Source of the DNA: an uncultured virus (IMG/VR IMGVR_UViG_3300042861_002374)
Lineage: Varidnaviria; Bamfordvirae
Reading direction: 5' to 3' (one strand)
IMG/VR virus record: IMGVR_UViG_3300042861_002374
DNA: 64,000 bases
Position 1 is the first letter of the stretch, and each line of letters opens with the position of its first letter. The notes beneath the pieces were generated by a model. It saw only the letters and a program-made list of their open reading frames with translations. It had not been told where the DNA came from and did not search any database. Shown piece after piece: positions 31,072 to 40,678 of the stretch. The position numbers and the translations under genes were made by a program.

Positions 31072-31578
31072 TTACTCAGAAATGAAAAGATTATGCATTT
31101 CTGTAATCCATTCAGGAGTAGGTCGTCCAGAAACTTTACCTTTCCACGAATGTATTTTTATTTTTCCAAAGAAGTAATATGTCCTATATGCGTCTATAAA
31201 GTCATCATCTTTATACATTTTTGGCATAGCCTGCGCTGGTTTTGTAAAACCAAGTTCAGGAAGTTTTGGTACATTTTTTTCTAGATCTTCTATATAAGAC
31301 TGGCATTTATGAATTTTTCCATATCGGTAGGTGTATTCTTTACATAACTCTTTTCCAAATGTGCACAGCCAAATGTAATTGTCTTTAGATTCTCTTGTCC
31401 ATATAGCGCACGGATGATTCTTGTGGGATAGTTTATAACAGGGTGTATATTCACTGTTTGTCATATGATGAGCCGAACAGAGAAGCTGTGTTGTTTCAAG
31501 TACCATTTTGATTACATGTTTGTCTATATGCATTTCTGCACAAATTTGCGGTAATAGATGCAAAAAAAAGATGTTCAT
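31072..31578 (-). CDS. pyrimidine-dimer DNA glycosylase (T4 endonuclease V)-like protein
   Basis: MNIFFL...DKHVIKMVLETTQLL...HKNHPCAIW...EYTYRYGKIH...AYRTYY. Confidence 0.7.
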   Translation of the reverse strand: MNIFFLHLLPQICAEMHIDKHVIKMVLETTQLLCSAHHMTNSEYTPCYKLSHKNHPCAIWTRESKDNYIWLCTFGKELCKEYTYRYGKIHKCQSYIEDLEKNVPKLPELGFTKPAQAMPKMYKDDDFIDAYRTYYFFGKIKIHSWKGKVSGRPTPEWITEMHNLFISE

Positions 31579-31643
31579 TCGTAATTTTTAAAAATATTAC
31601 CGGTTTTTATTTTAAAATTCATTTTTATCTTATTTTCTAATAA

Positions 31644-33062
31644 ATGAACGTCAAAGAATGTTGGGAAGAAAAATCGGTTATGAATAACTCCAAGTATTAT
31701 GGGAGAAGTTATTGGTTAAATCTAGAAACTGGTAAATCGCAATGGGGGGTTCCTCTATTATCTTTTGAAAATCTACCATTTGGTTGGGAAAAACACATGA
31801 GTAGTAAATTTAAACCATATTATGAAAATACTATTACAGGACAAACTCAATGGACCATACCAGAAATGTCAACAGAAAAACCACTCATTAAAGGATGGAT
31901 AACCCAAAAAAGCACTGATTGTGGTAATATTTATTACAAAAACATAGACACAGGTAAAACTCAATGGGATAGACCTGTTGATCCATTAGATAAACCTAAG
32001 CCACGTGACTCTACCAATGATTTAGAAAATCTAAATCCAGATAATATTGGTATTCCATGGCCAACAGATCTTGTAACTCTGTGGGAAAATAATTGGGAAT
32101 TAACAACAATAAAAACAGGTATTATGAAATCCGGATTATTTACATTTGAACCAAAGAAGTTGAAAATTATAAGTAGATTTAATGATAAGGGTTTAACAAA
32201 TCAAAAAGAATGCTATGTTATGATGAATAAATGTAAGGTAACTGCAAATGACTATCTTTTTGCTGATAAAAAAGTAAAAATGCCTGCAGGTATTACAACT
32301 ATAGTAAGTAATATTCAAGATGAAATTCAAAAACCTCCTTCTTTAGGAAGACATAATATGTTCGTTCTTCCATCTCAATTAAATGCTGCCGAATATCCTA
32401 ATCAAAAGAAAATTGTGTATAGGATAGACGAATATTTAAATGATAATTCAGGTGGACCTAGAGGACAATTAGGAGCTGATCTTTCTGTTGCACAATTTAT
32501 AATTGATATGGCTAGTAACTCTGATAGAGAAGAAGATGGAATAAATAATGTCAGATTGATGGGTAAGATCAACGGTGTAAGTTTACTAAATGGATATTTG
32601 CAAGTAAAAGATACCGCTGATATAAAACAATTTGAAAAACAACTTCCTCAAATGACAGTTTTGGGTGTACGAGATGTTCCAGTTAGAGGTCTTGATAAAA
32701 CATTTACCAAATTTGTTCAAAAAGATCATACAGTTGATCTTATATATGCGTCTGCTGTTCCTATTGGTGATACTTATGGTTATGGAAATGGTTCAGGCCC
32801 TACTGTAAAAAGAATAGCACAATTAACTTTATTCGCACAGTATGTTGGTTCAATGCGTCTAGCTGTTACTCGTCAAAAGTGTGATTTGATAATGTTGCCT
32901 TTAGGAGGAAGATATTTTGTGAACGAATTAGATGATATTAGGTTAGCAATTATTAATGCTTACAATTTTATGGAAAAAGATTTGAAAAAAGCAGACGTTC
33001 GTGTTAAAATCCTTGCTTGGGAGGATTCTGAGAATGGGAAAGAAAAAAGAATTTTTTCGTGA
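31644..33062 (+). CDS. triple WW-domain protein with C-terminal alpha/beta (possibly macro-like) domain
   Basis: Three W-x~20-YY-N-TG-TQW-P units; SQLNAAEY...DNSGGP...PLGGRYF. Confidence 0.75.
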   Translation: MNVKECWEEKSVMNNSKYYGRSYWLNLETGKSQWGVPLLSFENLPFGWEKHMSSKFKPYYENTITGQTQWTIPEMSTEKPLIKGWITQKSTDCGNIYYKNIDTGKTQWDRPVDPLDKPKPRDSTNDLENLNPDNIGIPWPTDLVTLWENNWELTTIKTGIMKSGLFTFEPKKLKIISRFNDKGLTNQKECYVMMNKCKVTANDYLFADKKVKMPAGITTIVSNIQDEIQKPPSLGRHNMFVLPSQLNAAEYPNQKKIVYRIDEYLNDNSGGPRGQLGADLSVAQFIIDMASNSDREEDGINNVRLMGKINGVSLLNGYLQVKDTADIKQFEKQLPQMTVLGVRDVPVRGLDKTFTKFVQKDHTVDLIYASAVPIGDTYGYGNGSGPTVKRIAQLTLFAQYVGSMRLAVTRQKCDLIMLPLGGRYFVNELDDIRLAIINAYNFMEKDLKKADVRVKILAWEDSENGKEKRIFS

Positions 33063-33071
33063 TTTATAAAT

Positions 33072-33096
33072 TTGTCATTTTTATTAAAAATGACAA
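33072..33096. terminator. 11-bp-stem hairpin between convergent genes
   Basis: ttgtcattttt-att-aaaaatgacaa. Confidence 0.65.
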
Positions 33097-33112
33097 TCAA
33101 GTTAGTTTACTT

Positions 33113-34447
33113 TTATACAAAATGAAACCTGTCATTTATAACATATTGTTTGCAATTATATGACTTGCTTATTTTTTTGAAGCAATCGTTGACATATTTT
33201 TTTAATTCTATCATCTCTTGTTTTATCTTTACCAAGTCATTCTCATCTTCCAATCTGTAAAATAAATCTGTCATACACGACACATACATTCCAAGAACAT
33301 TTGAAAGTTCTGCTTTCTTAGTGTTTTCCTTATCTCTCTTTTGCAATGTCTTTTTCATTTCATCTCTTGATATTTTATTACGCATAAAATCGATTCTTAA
33401 CCGCATATTTGCATGCAATCTGGCATCAGCCGCAAATCTTGGTTGTTCGATGAATCTAACATGTATAACTTGTCTGCATATCTCAATAATGTCTAAAACT
33501 TGTTCGTCCTTTATTTCTGGTTTAACGTATATACGCTTATTTTGATAATAAAAGATAACACCCCCATTTATTACTTCTTTTCTCCAGTCTTTTGGTAGAG
33601 GTATAATTTTATCAATTAATCTCGATACGAAATAATTATCTAATTCTCTTCCGCATTGTATATCCATTGGATTTCTTGGAGCAACCCCTCCATTTGTCAA
33701 ACGTTGATATTCAAAATAATGAGGGTTGTGAATAACACCCGATTCAATCTTTAGTGTCTTCCAGCTAAAAGCTGTATGACACTCTACACAATACATCTGG
33801 TCACATCCTTCTATCTTAAATATCAATGCTGTGCATTTAGGACATTGTTTTGAATCTTTTTCCAATAACTTCACTGATTCTACGATGTCTTTATTACACT
33901 CATGTGCATCTTTTTCTTCTGTCGAGAATCCTTTTATTTCACGGCATTCAGCACACACAAAACATTCACATAACTCACATTTCAAAGAGGTAGACAAAAA
34001 TCCATGGCAATCACCATTTGGACACTTTCGGATAAACTTTTTCCTTTCTGACAGTTCACCACCCTGCTTTAAATCTTTTAATTCTCTATCTAATGAAAAT
34101 AGCTTTTTTCGCAACATCGTAATTTCTTCTTGTAATTTTTCCATTCGGATCTCTCGTTCAACATGAGGTTGAGTTGCTTGTAAAAACCCCATTTCACGTT
34201 CAATCAACAATTCTTGTCTGTAATCTCTATAATTCTTCGTCATAAATGTGTTACCTAGCTGTTCTAACAGAAAGTTTCGGTCCCATGCAACCTTGCATGA
34301 CATACACGATGCTTCTTCTTTACTTCCCAGCATATACTTTTTTACGCAATCTCGACAACATTCAAAATCGCATAAACATTTTACGACCTTTCTATTAACT
34401 TTGTTAAAGTTTTCAGCACATATGTTGCAAACAGGTTTTGTCGTCAT
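33113..34447 (-). CDS. RBR (RING-IBR-RING) E3 ubiquitin ligase-like protein
   Basis: N-terminal RING, CPNGDC IBR, CPKC...KIEGCDQMYCVECHTAFSW. Confidence 0.88.
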   Translation of the reverse strand: MTTKPVCNICAENFNKVNRKVVKCLCDFECCRDCVKKYMLGSKEEASCMSCKVAWDRNFLLEQLGNTFMTKNYRDYRQELLIEREMGFLQATQPHVEREIRMEKLQEEITMLRKKLFSLDRELKDLKQGGELSERKKFIRKCPNGDCHGFLSTSLKCELCECFVCAECREIKGFSTEEKDAHECNKDIVESVKLLEKDSKQCPKCTALIFKIEGCDQMYCVECHTAFSWKTLKIESGVIHNPHYFEYQRLTNGGVAPRNPMDIQCGRELDNYFVSRLIDKIIPLPKDWRKEVINGGVIFYYQNKRIYVKPEIKDEQVLDIIEICRQVIHVRFIEQPRFAADARLHANMRLRIDFMRNKISRDEMKKTLQKRDKENTKKAELSNVLGMYVSCMTDLFYRLEDENDLVKIKQEMIELKKYVNDCFKKISKSYNCKQYVINDRFHFV

Positions 34448-34480
34448 TTTATATATTCTATTAATTCTTTCTTAAATAAT

Positions 34481-34488
34481 TCAATTTT
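34481..34488 (-). promoter_or_regulatory. AAAATTGA early-promoter-like motif
   Basis: 34 nt upstream of ATG 34447. Confidence 0.55.
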
Positions 34489-34705
34489 TAAAACTTTACA
34501 ATTGATTTTGTTACCAAAAGGATCAGATGTCTGCTCTTAAATTTACTTATAAGACTTTGGTAATGTAAATATAGCTTACGAATATAGCTTACGAATCGTA
34601 CTCTTTAGTGTAAATCACATAAAATTTCTCTTTTTACTATTTGACATGAGCCAAAAGAATGTACATAAGAATATTTAGATTATTTTTTATAATATATAAT
34701 AATAA

Positions 34706-35782
34706 ATGGAAAATTTTTTTATGTGTATTGAAAAGTCTTCTGCTGATATTATTCCGAACAATTTAGGTCAAAAAGCTATTTTTAAAAAACGTTCTTTATG
34801 GCCACAATATCGTGATATAACAATTGGATTTAATGAAACTGGTAGTAAGTTAATTGAAAGACCAGTTTATAACGGTTATGACAGGGATCCGATCCAAGAT
34901 ATAATTCAATCAAAATACTGTAAATTAAGTGCTGCTGACATAGTAAAAAAGGTTATTACTGAAAGGTTTCAACCTTTAGTAAACTTAAATTTTAACTTTG
35001 TAAGCTCTGATAAATATAATGGAGCAGATATCAGAATTTCATTTAACAAAGATGATCCTGAGCGTACATACTCAACAGTTGGTACAGACGCTTTAACATA
35101 TAATAAATCATCACCTACAATGAATTTTCAGTGGCTTGATGTTGGTACTATTATTCATGAATTTGGGCATGCTATTGGTATGGGTCATGAGCATCAAAGT
35201 CCTAATTCTGATATAAATTGGAACAAACAAAAAGTATATGATAACTACCCACATATGTCTAAAATTGAAGTAGATAGAAACATTATTAATAAATTGTATG
35301 CAGATAATTATAATTCATCAGACTTTGATCCTCTGTCTGTAATGCTTTATTTTTACCCACCAGAGTTAACATTAGATAATGTAGGAACTAGACAAAACGA
35401 GCGTCTATCTGGATATGACGTTCAGTGGATAGCTGAGACATATCCTAAAGAAAAAACAGATCCTAATTATATATCACCAGAAGATTTTTATTTTAAAACA
35501 TATGGAATAACATTGGCTGCTTCAAAGGCAGAAAGTGATAAGTTAGCAGGTCGAAGTTTTGAAGAAAGTGGTCTTTCTTGGTGGAAAATACTTCTTATAA
35601 TAATTGCAATTATTGCGATTATTGCAATTATTGCAATTATAATTATAAATTTTTATAAAAAGAATCATGATTATCAACGAGTAGAGAGAAATGAAATACC
35701 TCTTAATCCTATAAATCGTCCTATTCGTAGGGGCAGTCCTATTCATAGAAATAGAGGTATTATGGGTATAAAAGGAGACTAA
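34706..35782 (+). CDS. astacin-like metzincin metalloprotease, C-terminal TM
   Basis: HEFGHAIGMGHEH; Met-turn SVMLY; poly-Ile/Ala TM. Confidence 0.9.
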   Translation: MENFFMCIEKSSADIIPNNLGQKAIFKKRSLWPQYRDITIGFNETGSKLIERPVYNGYDRDPIQDIIQSKYCKLSAADIVKKVITERFQPLVNLNFNFVSSDKYNGADIRISFNKDDPERTYSTVGTDALTYNKSSPTMNFQWLDVGTIIHEFGHAIGMGHEHQSPNSDINWNKQKVYDNYPHMSKIEVDRNIINKLYADNYNSSDFDPLSVMLYFYPPELTLDNVGTRQNERLSGYDVQWIAETYPKEKTDPNYISPEDFYFKTYGITLAASKAESDKLAGRSFEESGLSWWKILLIIIAIIAIIAIIAIIIINFYKKNHDYQRVERNEIPLNPINRPIRRGSPIHRNRGIMGIKGD

Positions 35783-35798
35783 AAAATTACTTAATTTT

Positions 35799-35806
35799 AA
35801 AATTGA
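35799..35806 (+). promoter_or_regulatory. AAAATTGA early-promoter-like motif
   Basis: 34 nt upstream of ATG 35840. Confidence 0.55.
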
Positions 35807-35839
35807 AATTAATAGATAATAATTTTAATATATATCAAA

Positions 35840-36142
35840 ATGAATCAATCTAACTGCGAAGGTGAAATTGAAGTATTTAGACTTACTCCTGAGAAAGAAA
35901 AATTCTACTTGTATGCTGAAGCAACACGTAAAGTAGGCACAAATCAAACTGGTATAAAATATTATACAACTAATAAGCTTAAATATGTAGGTCAATATAT
36001 CAGAGATTATAGAACTAATACTGGTGATGGAGGATACTTTTGGGCCATATTTAAAGATGGTGATGTCGAGAATAGAGTCGATTATAGTTATGCAGGCAAT
36101 ACATGCTTTATACAAGTTGAAAAAGAAGAAACTAGTGTGTGA
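35840..36142 (+). CDS. hypothetical protein
   Basis: 100-aa ORF with promoter motif and downstream hairpin at 36153-36179. Confidence 0.7.
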   Translation: MNQSNCEGEIEVFRLTPEKEKFYLYAEATRKVGTNQTGIKYYTTNKLKYVGQYIRDYRTNTGDGGYFWAIFKDGDVENRVDYSYAGNTCFIQVEKEETSV

Positions 36143-36210
36143 AAACTACTTTAAATATTTCTTTAACAAAGAAATATTTCAATAAGTATCAATGATCGAT
36201 AACATCCTGC

Positions 36211-36295
36211 TACCAACTTTTTGCTCTTCTGAATTTTCTCAAAAAGGAGGAGGATGATTTTCCTTTTGTAATAATTTCAAAGATTATTACAAAAT
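36211..36295 (-). repeat. partial, rearranged copy C of the non-coding element
   Basis: Reverse complement of 36211-36268 matches 42856-42910; 36274-36294 matches 42829-42850 in forward orientation. Confidence 0.75.
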
Positions 36296-36358
36296 TGATT
36301 AAACAAAAATCAAATTGAATTTCTTTTAAAACTTTGAAAATAAGAATCAAAAATCAGT

Positions 36359-38107
36359 ATGCAATTCATCAATGACATGATAGAATCTATTTCTGATGCG
36401 CCTAATCGTGCGCAAAGAGAAGAAATATATGAACAAAGTAAAAAGGGGCAAAAACAGAGTGAAGAATATACTGATATTAATTCGCCAAAGGATCTTTTTA
36501 CAAAAAATAAGCAGAGCAAAGATACTGGTTACAAAACAACTATTTTCAATAAGAAGGAGTTAGCAGTATATTTTGACAAAGACTATTCCATATTTAATAC
36601 ACAAAGTCCACAACTTAGTGGAGGCTCAATGGGTTCAAATATTTGTCCTGTAATCCCAGTATCTATCAACCTCTTTCACAAGGATGAAAATACAACCAGA
36701 GCATCTCTGAGTAAGTTTATGCACTGGCGTAAAACCAACTGGAGAAAGATTTTGGAAGCATATGTTTCTTGTCTGGAACAATTTGAAAAGCCAGAAAAGA
36801 AAGAGATTCTGGAAAAATCTCTTCAATCTCGTGGTCGTGAATATCTTCAAGTAGATATAGAAGATTATCGTAACACTGCTCGTCTGTTTAGAATGAAACT
36901 TGACTCTCTTGAAGAAAATATCGATCCGTCAGAGAAAGGTTTTAGAATCATAAGTTTTTGCCAGACATGGTTCAAAAAGGGAAAGGTTGGTAAGGCTTGT
37001 TTTAGTGTCCCATCTCCCCATTTTCAGACATTTTCGTATCTAGATATTAGCATGTGCTCTGAAGCATCAGAAGACATGCTTGAATCATACACTCGCTTGT
37101 TACGATTGCAAGAGTATGATATGACAACAAAAATAGTTGATGGAGTATTAGAATATGAAAAGAGTTTCGTTAATCTTGATAAAATGTGGAAGAATATGAA
37201 TGAGAAGAACATGTTCTTTGTAAATTGCGCTCCATCTTTTGATACATTTCCTTTGATTGTTGAGGCTCGTGAGTCGCTTGAAGATGGAAAATTCTTTCTA
37301 GTATTTTCTTCTAGTTTATCTGATTATATGTTTGTATATCTTGTTGATTCGTCGTCTCCGGATGAGTTTAGAACAAAAATGTTACCTTCCAATTTTCGAG
37401 CTCCTATTAATCCAACAGCTAAAATTAATGGAGTTACATGCACAACAGAAAATTACTCTCAAATTCAGGAAAACATTTCCACATCTTTAGCTGCTATTTT
37501 TTCTTGGTGCAAACGCGAAGAGATTGATGTGTATTTTGCTAGCGCACCTAGAGATTCTCGTCCATTGTATATAAAGTCTCCAAACTCTAATGTAACAAGA
37601 AGTAATAATCAAAATTTTGACAAACAATTAACAATTAGAGTAGTTGATGAGCTTTTAAAACCAGCTTTGGCTGCAAAGTTTGCCAAATCTGATTTGTTTG
37701 AACTTGTGGTTGATTCTCTAGATAAGTACACAGAGCATAAGGCGAGTTTTCTAGCGGATGTTGCAACTGTTGCAGTTGCAGCAGAACTATTAGATAATCC
37801 AGAATGTTGGTTGTCATACCATCTTAATGAAGAACCTGTAGTTAAGAAAGTAAGTGTAGGAAGTTACGTCTGTGCCAAATTTATCAGAACTCAAACAGAA
37901 GGTAATTTTAAGAGTCTTAGTTTAGAAGGGCTGAGGAGAGCAGGAGGAGCAGTTAATAAGTCTCTTGATTATACAGAACCAGTGTGGAGGTCATGTTATA
38001 TTATGCATGATTCATTTTTAAATGATATAGATGATCCTGCCGCGAATGATCTTGCTCGTCGTATTACAGCTCGTGGAGGATTTTATCTCTTTCAAAATTA
38101 TGATTAA
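36359..38107 (+). CDS. hypothetical protein
   Basis: 582-aa ORF, no recognised motif. Confidence 0.75.
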   Translation: MQFINDMIESISDAPNRAQREEIYEQSKKGQKQSEEYTDINSPKDLFTKNKQSKDTGYKTTIFNKKELAVYFDKDYSIFNTQSPQLSGGSMGSNICPVIPVSINLFHKDENTTRASLSKFMHWRKTNWRKILEAYVSCLEQFEKPEKKEILEKSLQSRGREYLQVDIEDYRNTARLFRMKLDSLEENIDPSEKGFRIISFCQTWFKKGKVGKACFSVPSPHFQTFSYLDISMCSEASEDMLESYTRLLRLQEYDMTTKIVDGVLEYEKSFVNLDKMWKNMNEKNMFFVNCAPSFDTFPLIVEARESLEDGKFFLVFSSSLSDYMFVYLVDSSSPDEFRTKMLPSNFRAPINPTAKINGVTCTTENYSQIQENISTSLAAIFSWCKREEIDVYFASAPRDSRPLYIKSPNSNVTRSNNQNFDKQLTIRVVDELLKPALAAKFAKSDLFELVVDSLDKYTEHKASFLADVATVAVAAELLDNPECWLSYHLNEEPVVKKVSVGSYVCAKFIRTQTEGNFKSLSLEGLRRAGGAVNKSLDYTEPVWRSCYIMHDSFLNDIDDPAANDLARRITARGGFYLFQNYD

Positions 38108-38189
38108 ATAAACTTTATTGTTTGTATATTTTCTGAATATACAACATCATTTATTTTAAATTTAATTGACTACATTGCAATGGTTAATT

Positions 38190-38340
38190 AATTGCGAAAG
38201 TATTTTTACACCCTTGAAGATTTAAAACGCCGGTTTTCACCTTTGTAAATCTACGAGGTTTGGTCTTTTCATACCGTGTAAATTTTGGTTTTGTAATACC
38301 GATGTAGTATCACTGAGTAAGCCTCAGGCCTCTTTTTAGA
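38190..38340 (-). ncRNA. putative Fanzor omega-RNA (scaffold through TIR, guide from flank)
   Basis: Lies between the Fanzor stop and the element end; hairpins ctgag-gctta-ctcag, acctcgta-gatt-tacaaaggt, aaaac-cggc-gtttt; boundaries inferred. Confidence 0.55.
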
Positions 38341-40271
38341 TAATCCGGTCTTCCTAACCTGTTTATCTCATCTAATGTTATTTTCAAGATATTTCTTGAA
38401 GCATTCGTATCTCTATTCCACAGCCCTGAGCAAGTCTTACACTTGACAAGTCCGTGTCTCAAAATACGATTGTTTCTCCAAGGTCTTGGATTTTCACATT
38501 CTCTAAATGTTTTACATATTCCATTATTGCTCTCACAATGACTACATCTACAACTCGTTCTAAATTCATCCACAAGATACACTTTATATCCTGCTTTTCT
38601 AAACAAAGTTCTAAACCCCTTTCCTTTCACAGGTTCTTTGAATTTACGATGTTGGTATTGTTCAAAATCACCAAATCCTATAACTGTTTCTTCTGGATTT
38701 CCATACAATTTACAAAAATTGTTAATTAGCTTACTTTCACTTCGTTTACGATTTATAAATGAACTCAATTTTAACTTTCTATAAATATTTTTTTCATAAA
38801 ACGCTTGTAATGCTATATTCATAATGTTTTTTTGTTTGATGTAATCCTTAAATTTATCAAAATCTAAGGTTTTCTTATTGTAATGACTTAAACCAGTTTC
38901 CCACTCAACTATATTTTTACCATTTATCTGTGTTTCTAATTTGTTTTCTTGTAAAATATTTCTATATTTCTTTTGCTTGGTTTCTTTACGTCTTTGGTCT
39001 TGTGTATATCTAAATTTTTGACCATCTTTATTGATACAAAAAAGTAAATCTGTCATATTTGGATCTATTGCTACTATATTTTTCTCTTGTAAAATAGTAT
39101 ATTCATCTTCTCTTAATTCATTGATGTATTTCTCATTATTGAATGTTACTTTTGGACTTTTTAATCTCTTTCCTTCAAGATCTTTACGTATTAACAATAT
39201 ACTAACACCAACTCCATCTGTTTCAATCATACAATGAAATTTATATTTGTAATCGTCATCACTATGAAAACACTTCAAATTAGTTTTGAAAAAGAAATTC
39301 CATATTTTCTCTTGGTATTTTACTAAATTACCATTTGTTAAATAGAAGCTCTTATTGCCTTGTTTTTTAGTAAAAAGTAGATGTATTAATGATGTTGTAT
39401 CTAAACGAAAATATTTAGGAATAATATCACTTCTTAAAGGACATATATTATTAACACTTTCGTTGTAACTTTCTACTCTTTTCATCATATAAAACATAAA
39501 AGGTAAATATTCTTGTGGTGAGCAAAGTAAATCATAATAAACATTATCCTTCTTATACTTTCTATTTGGTAAAATATTCTTTCGTTCTTTGTCAATCCAA
39601 GAATGATATATACTTGATGATGTTTTTGGTTTGGTAAGGTCGTAGTTTAACAAGTCATTTTTAATATGTCTTAGTTGATTACACAATTTATTAACAGCCT
39701 GTTGTCTTGATTTAGGTGTTTTGAATTTTTTCTTAATTAATTTAACCATTGCTTTTTTTCTCCAAACAACATTAACATATCTTTCAATGTATTCAATAAA
39801 GCGTTGTTTAATGTTGTTTTCATACATTGTCAAGATGTCAATAGCAAGATAATCTAGAACGGTATTCATATATCTGTAATTTAATGTTTCACCTTGAATA
39901 TTTTTGTAATGAATATCATAGAATTCTTTAAGATTGTCTTTAATTCCTTTTGTTGATTCACTTGGAAAACGTCCTTGTGTAGGTGGAATACATACAGTTT
40001 TCATAACAGAAGTTATAAATTGTTTGTTAATAGTAGGTATTTTTTCACCATTATCGTATAAATGTATAAAATATAGTTTAATTAGTTGTAAAGTATGAAT
40101 AACAACTTTATTAGACATATTAGAAGCTTGTATAAGCTTATCAATAACAAAATCGTGTTTAACAATACTTTTTAATGAAGTTTTAATACATTTGTAATAA
40201 GATAAATTGTCTTTGTCAGGTGGTTCATTTTCTTTTTCTTTTTCCATTTTATTTTTACAAATTGGGCGCAT
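38310..40271 (-). CDS. Fanzor1 RNA-guided endonuclease
   Basis: KCIKTSLKSI N-terminus; IETDGVGVSI; RuvC AIDPN, VDEFRTS, WNRDTNAS; CSHC/CKTC Zn finger; start may be 40247. Confidence 0.9.
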   Translation of the reverse strand: MRPICKNKMEKEKENEPPDKDNLSYYKCIKTSLKSIVKHDFVIDKLIQASNMSNKVVIHTLQLIKLYFIHLYDNGEKIPTINKQFITSVMKTVCIPPTQGRFPSESTKGIKDNLKEFYDIHYKNIQGETLNYRYMNTVLDYLAIDILTMYENNIKQRFIEYIERYVNVVWRKKAMVKLIKKKFKTPKSRQQAVNKLCNQLRHIKNDLLNYDLTKPKTSSSIYHSWIDKERKNILPNRKYKKDNVYYDLLCSPQEYLPFMFYMMKRVESYNESVNNICPLRSDIIPKYFRLDTTSLIHLLFTKKQGNKSFYLTNGNLVKYQEKIWNFFFKTNLKCFHSDDDYKYKFHCMIETDGVGVSILLIRKDLEGKRLKSPKVTFNNEKYINELREDEYTILQEKNIVAIDPNMTDLLFCINKDGQKFRYTQDQRRKETKQKKYRNILQENKLETQINGKNIVEWETGLSHYNKKTLDFDKFKDYIKQKNIMNIALQAFYEKNIYRKLKLSSFINRKRSESKLINNFCKLYGNPEETVIGFGDFEQYQHRKFKEPVKGKGFRTLFRKAGYKVYLVDEFRTSCRCSHCESNNGICKTFRECENPRPWRNNRILRHGLVKCKTCSGLWNRDTNASRNILKITLDEINRLGRPDYLKRGLRLTQ

Positions 40272-40294
40272 TTTTAAATTAAAGAAAGTTATCT

Positions 40295-40642
40295 TTAAAC
40301 CAAAATTTTTTGAAATAAATATTTTTTTGTTCTTAATATTTGGTCATCTTTTTTAAATCTATAATCACAGCTAAACATATTATATCTACCTTTTACTAAT
40401 TGTCTTATTAAACTTAACCAAGGTCGTCCTAATTTATCTGGTTCACTTATACCAGTTATTTTAGATGAAGAAAAAAATTTACGTATTGTTGGTATCATTT
40501 TCATTATAGCATCAGTTTTAACCTTGTTATTATCAAGTTCATATAAAGTTGTGCTCATTTGGTCATCTAATTCTAACAATTGAATTAATTTTTCTATAAT
40601 ATAATCTTGTTCTTTTTTGTATAGTTCAGTTTTTTTACGCAT
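40295..40642 (-). CDS. transposon-borne small protein of unknown function
   Basis: Intact 115-aa ORF inside the TIRs; LYELDN, IRKFF, RPWLSLIR. Confidence 0.7.
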   Translation of the reverse strand: MRKKTELYKKEQDYIIEKLIQLLELDDQMSTTLYELDNNKVKTDAIMKMIPTIRKFFSSSKITGISEPDKLGRPWLSLIRQLVKGRYNMFSCDYRFKKDDQILRTKKYLFQKILV

Positions 40643-40678
40643 TATTGTATTTAATAATAAATTATTTTTAAATTATAA

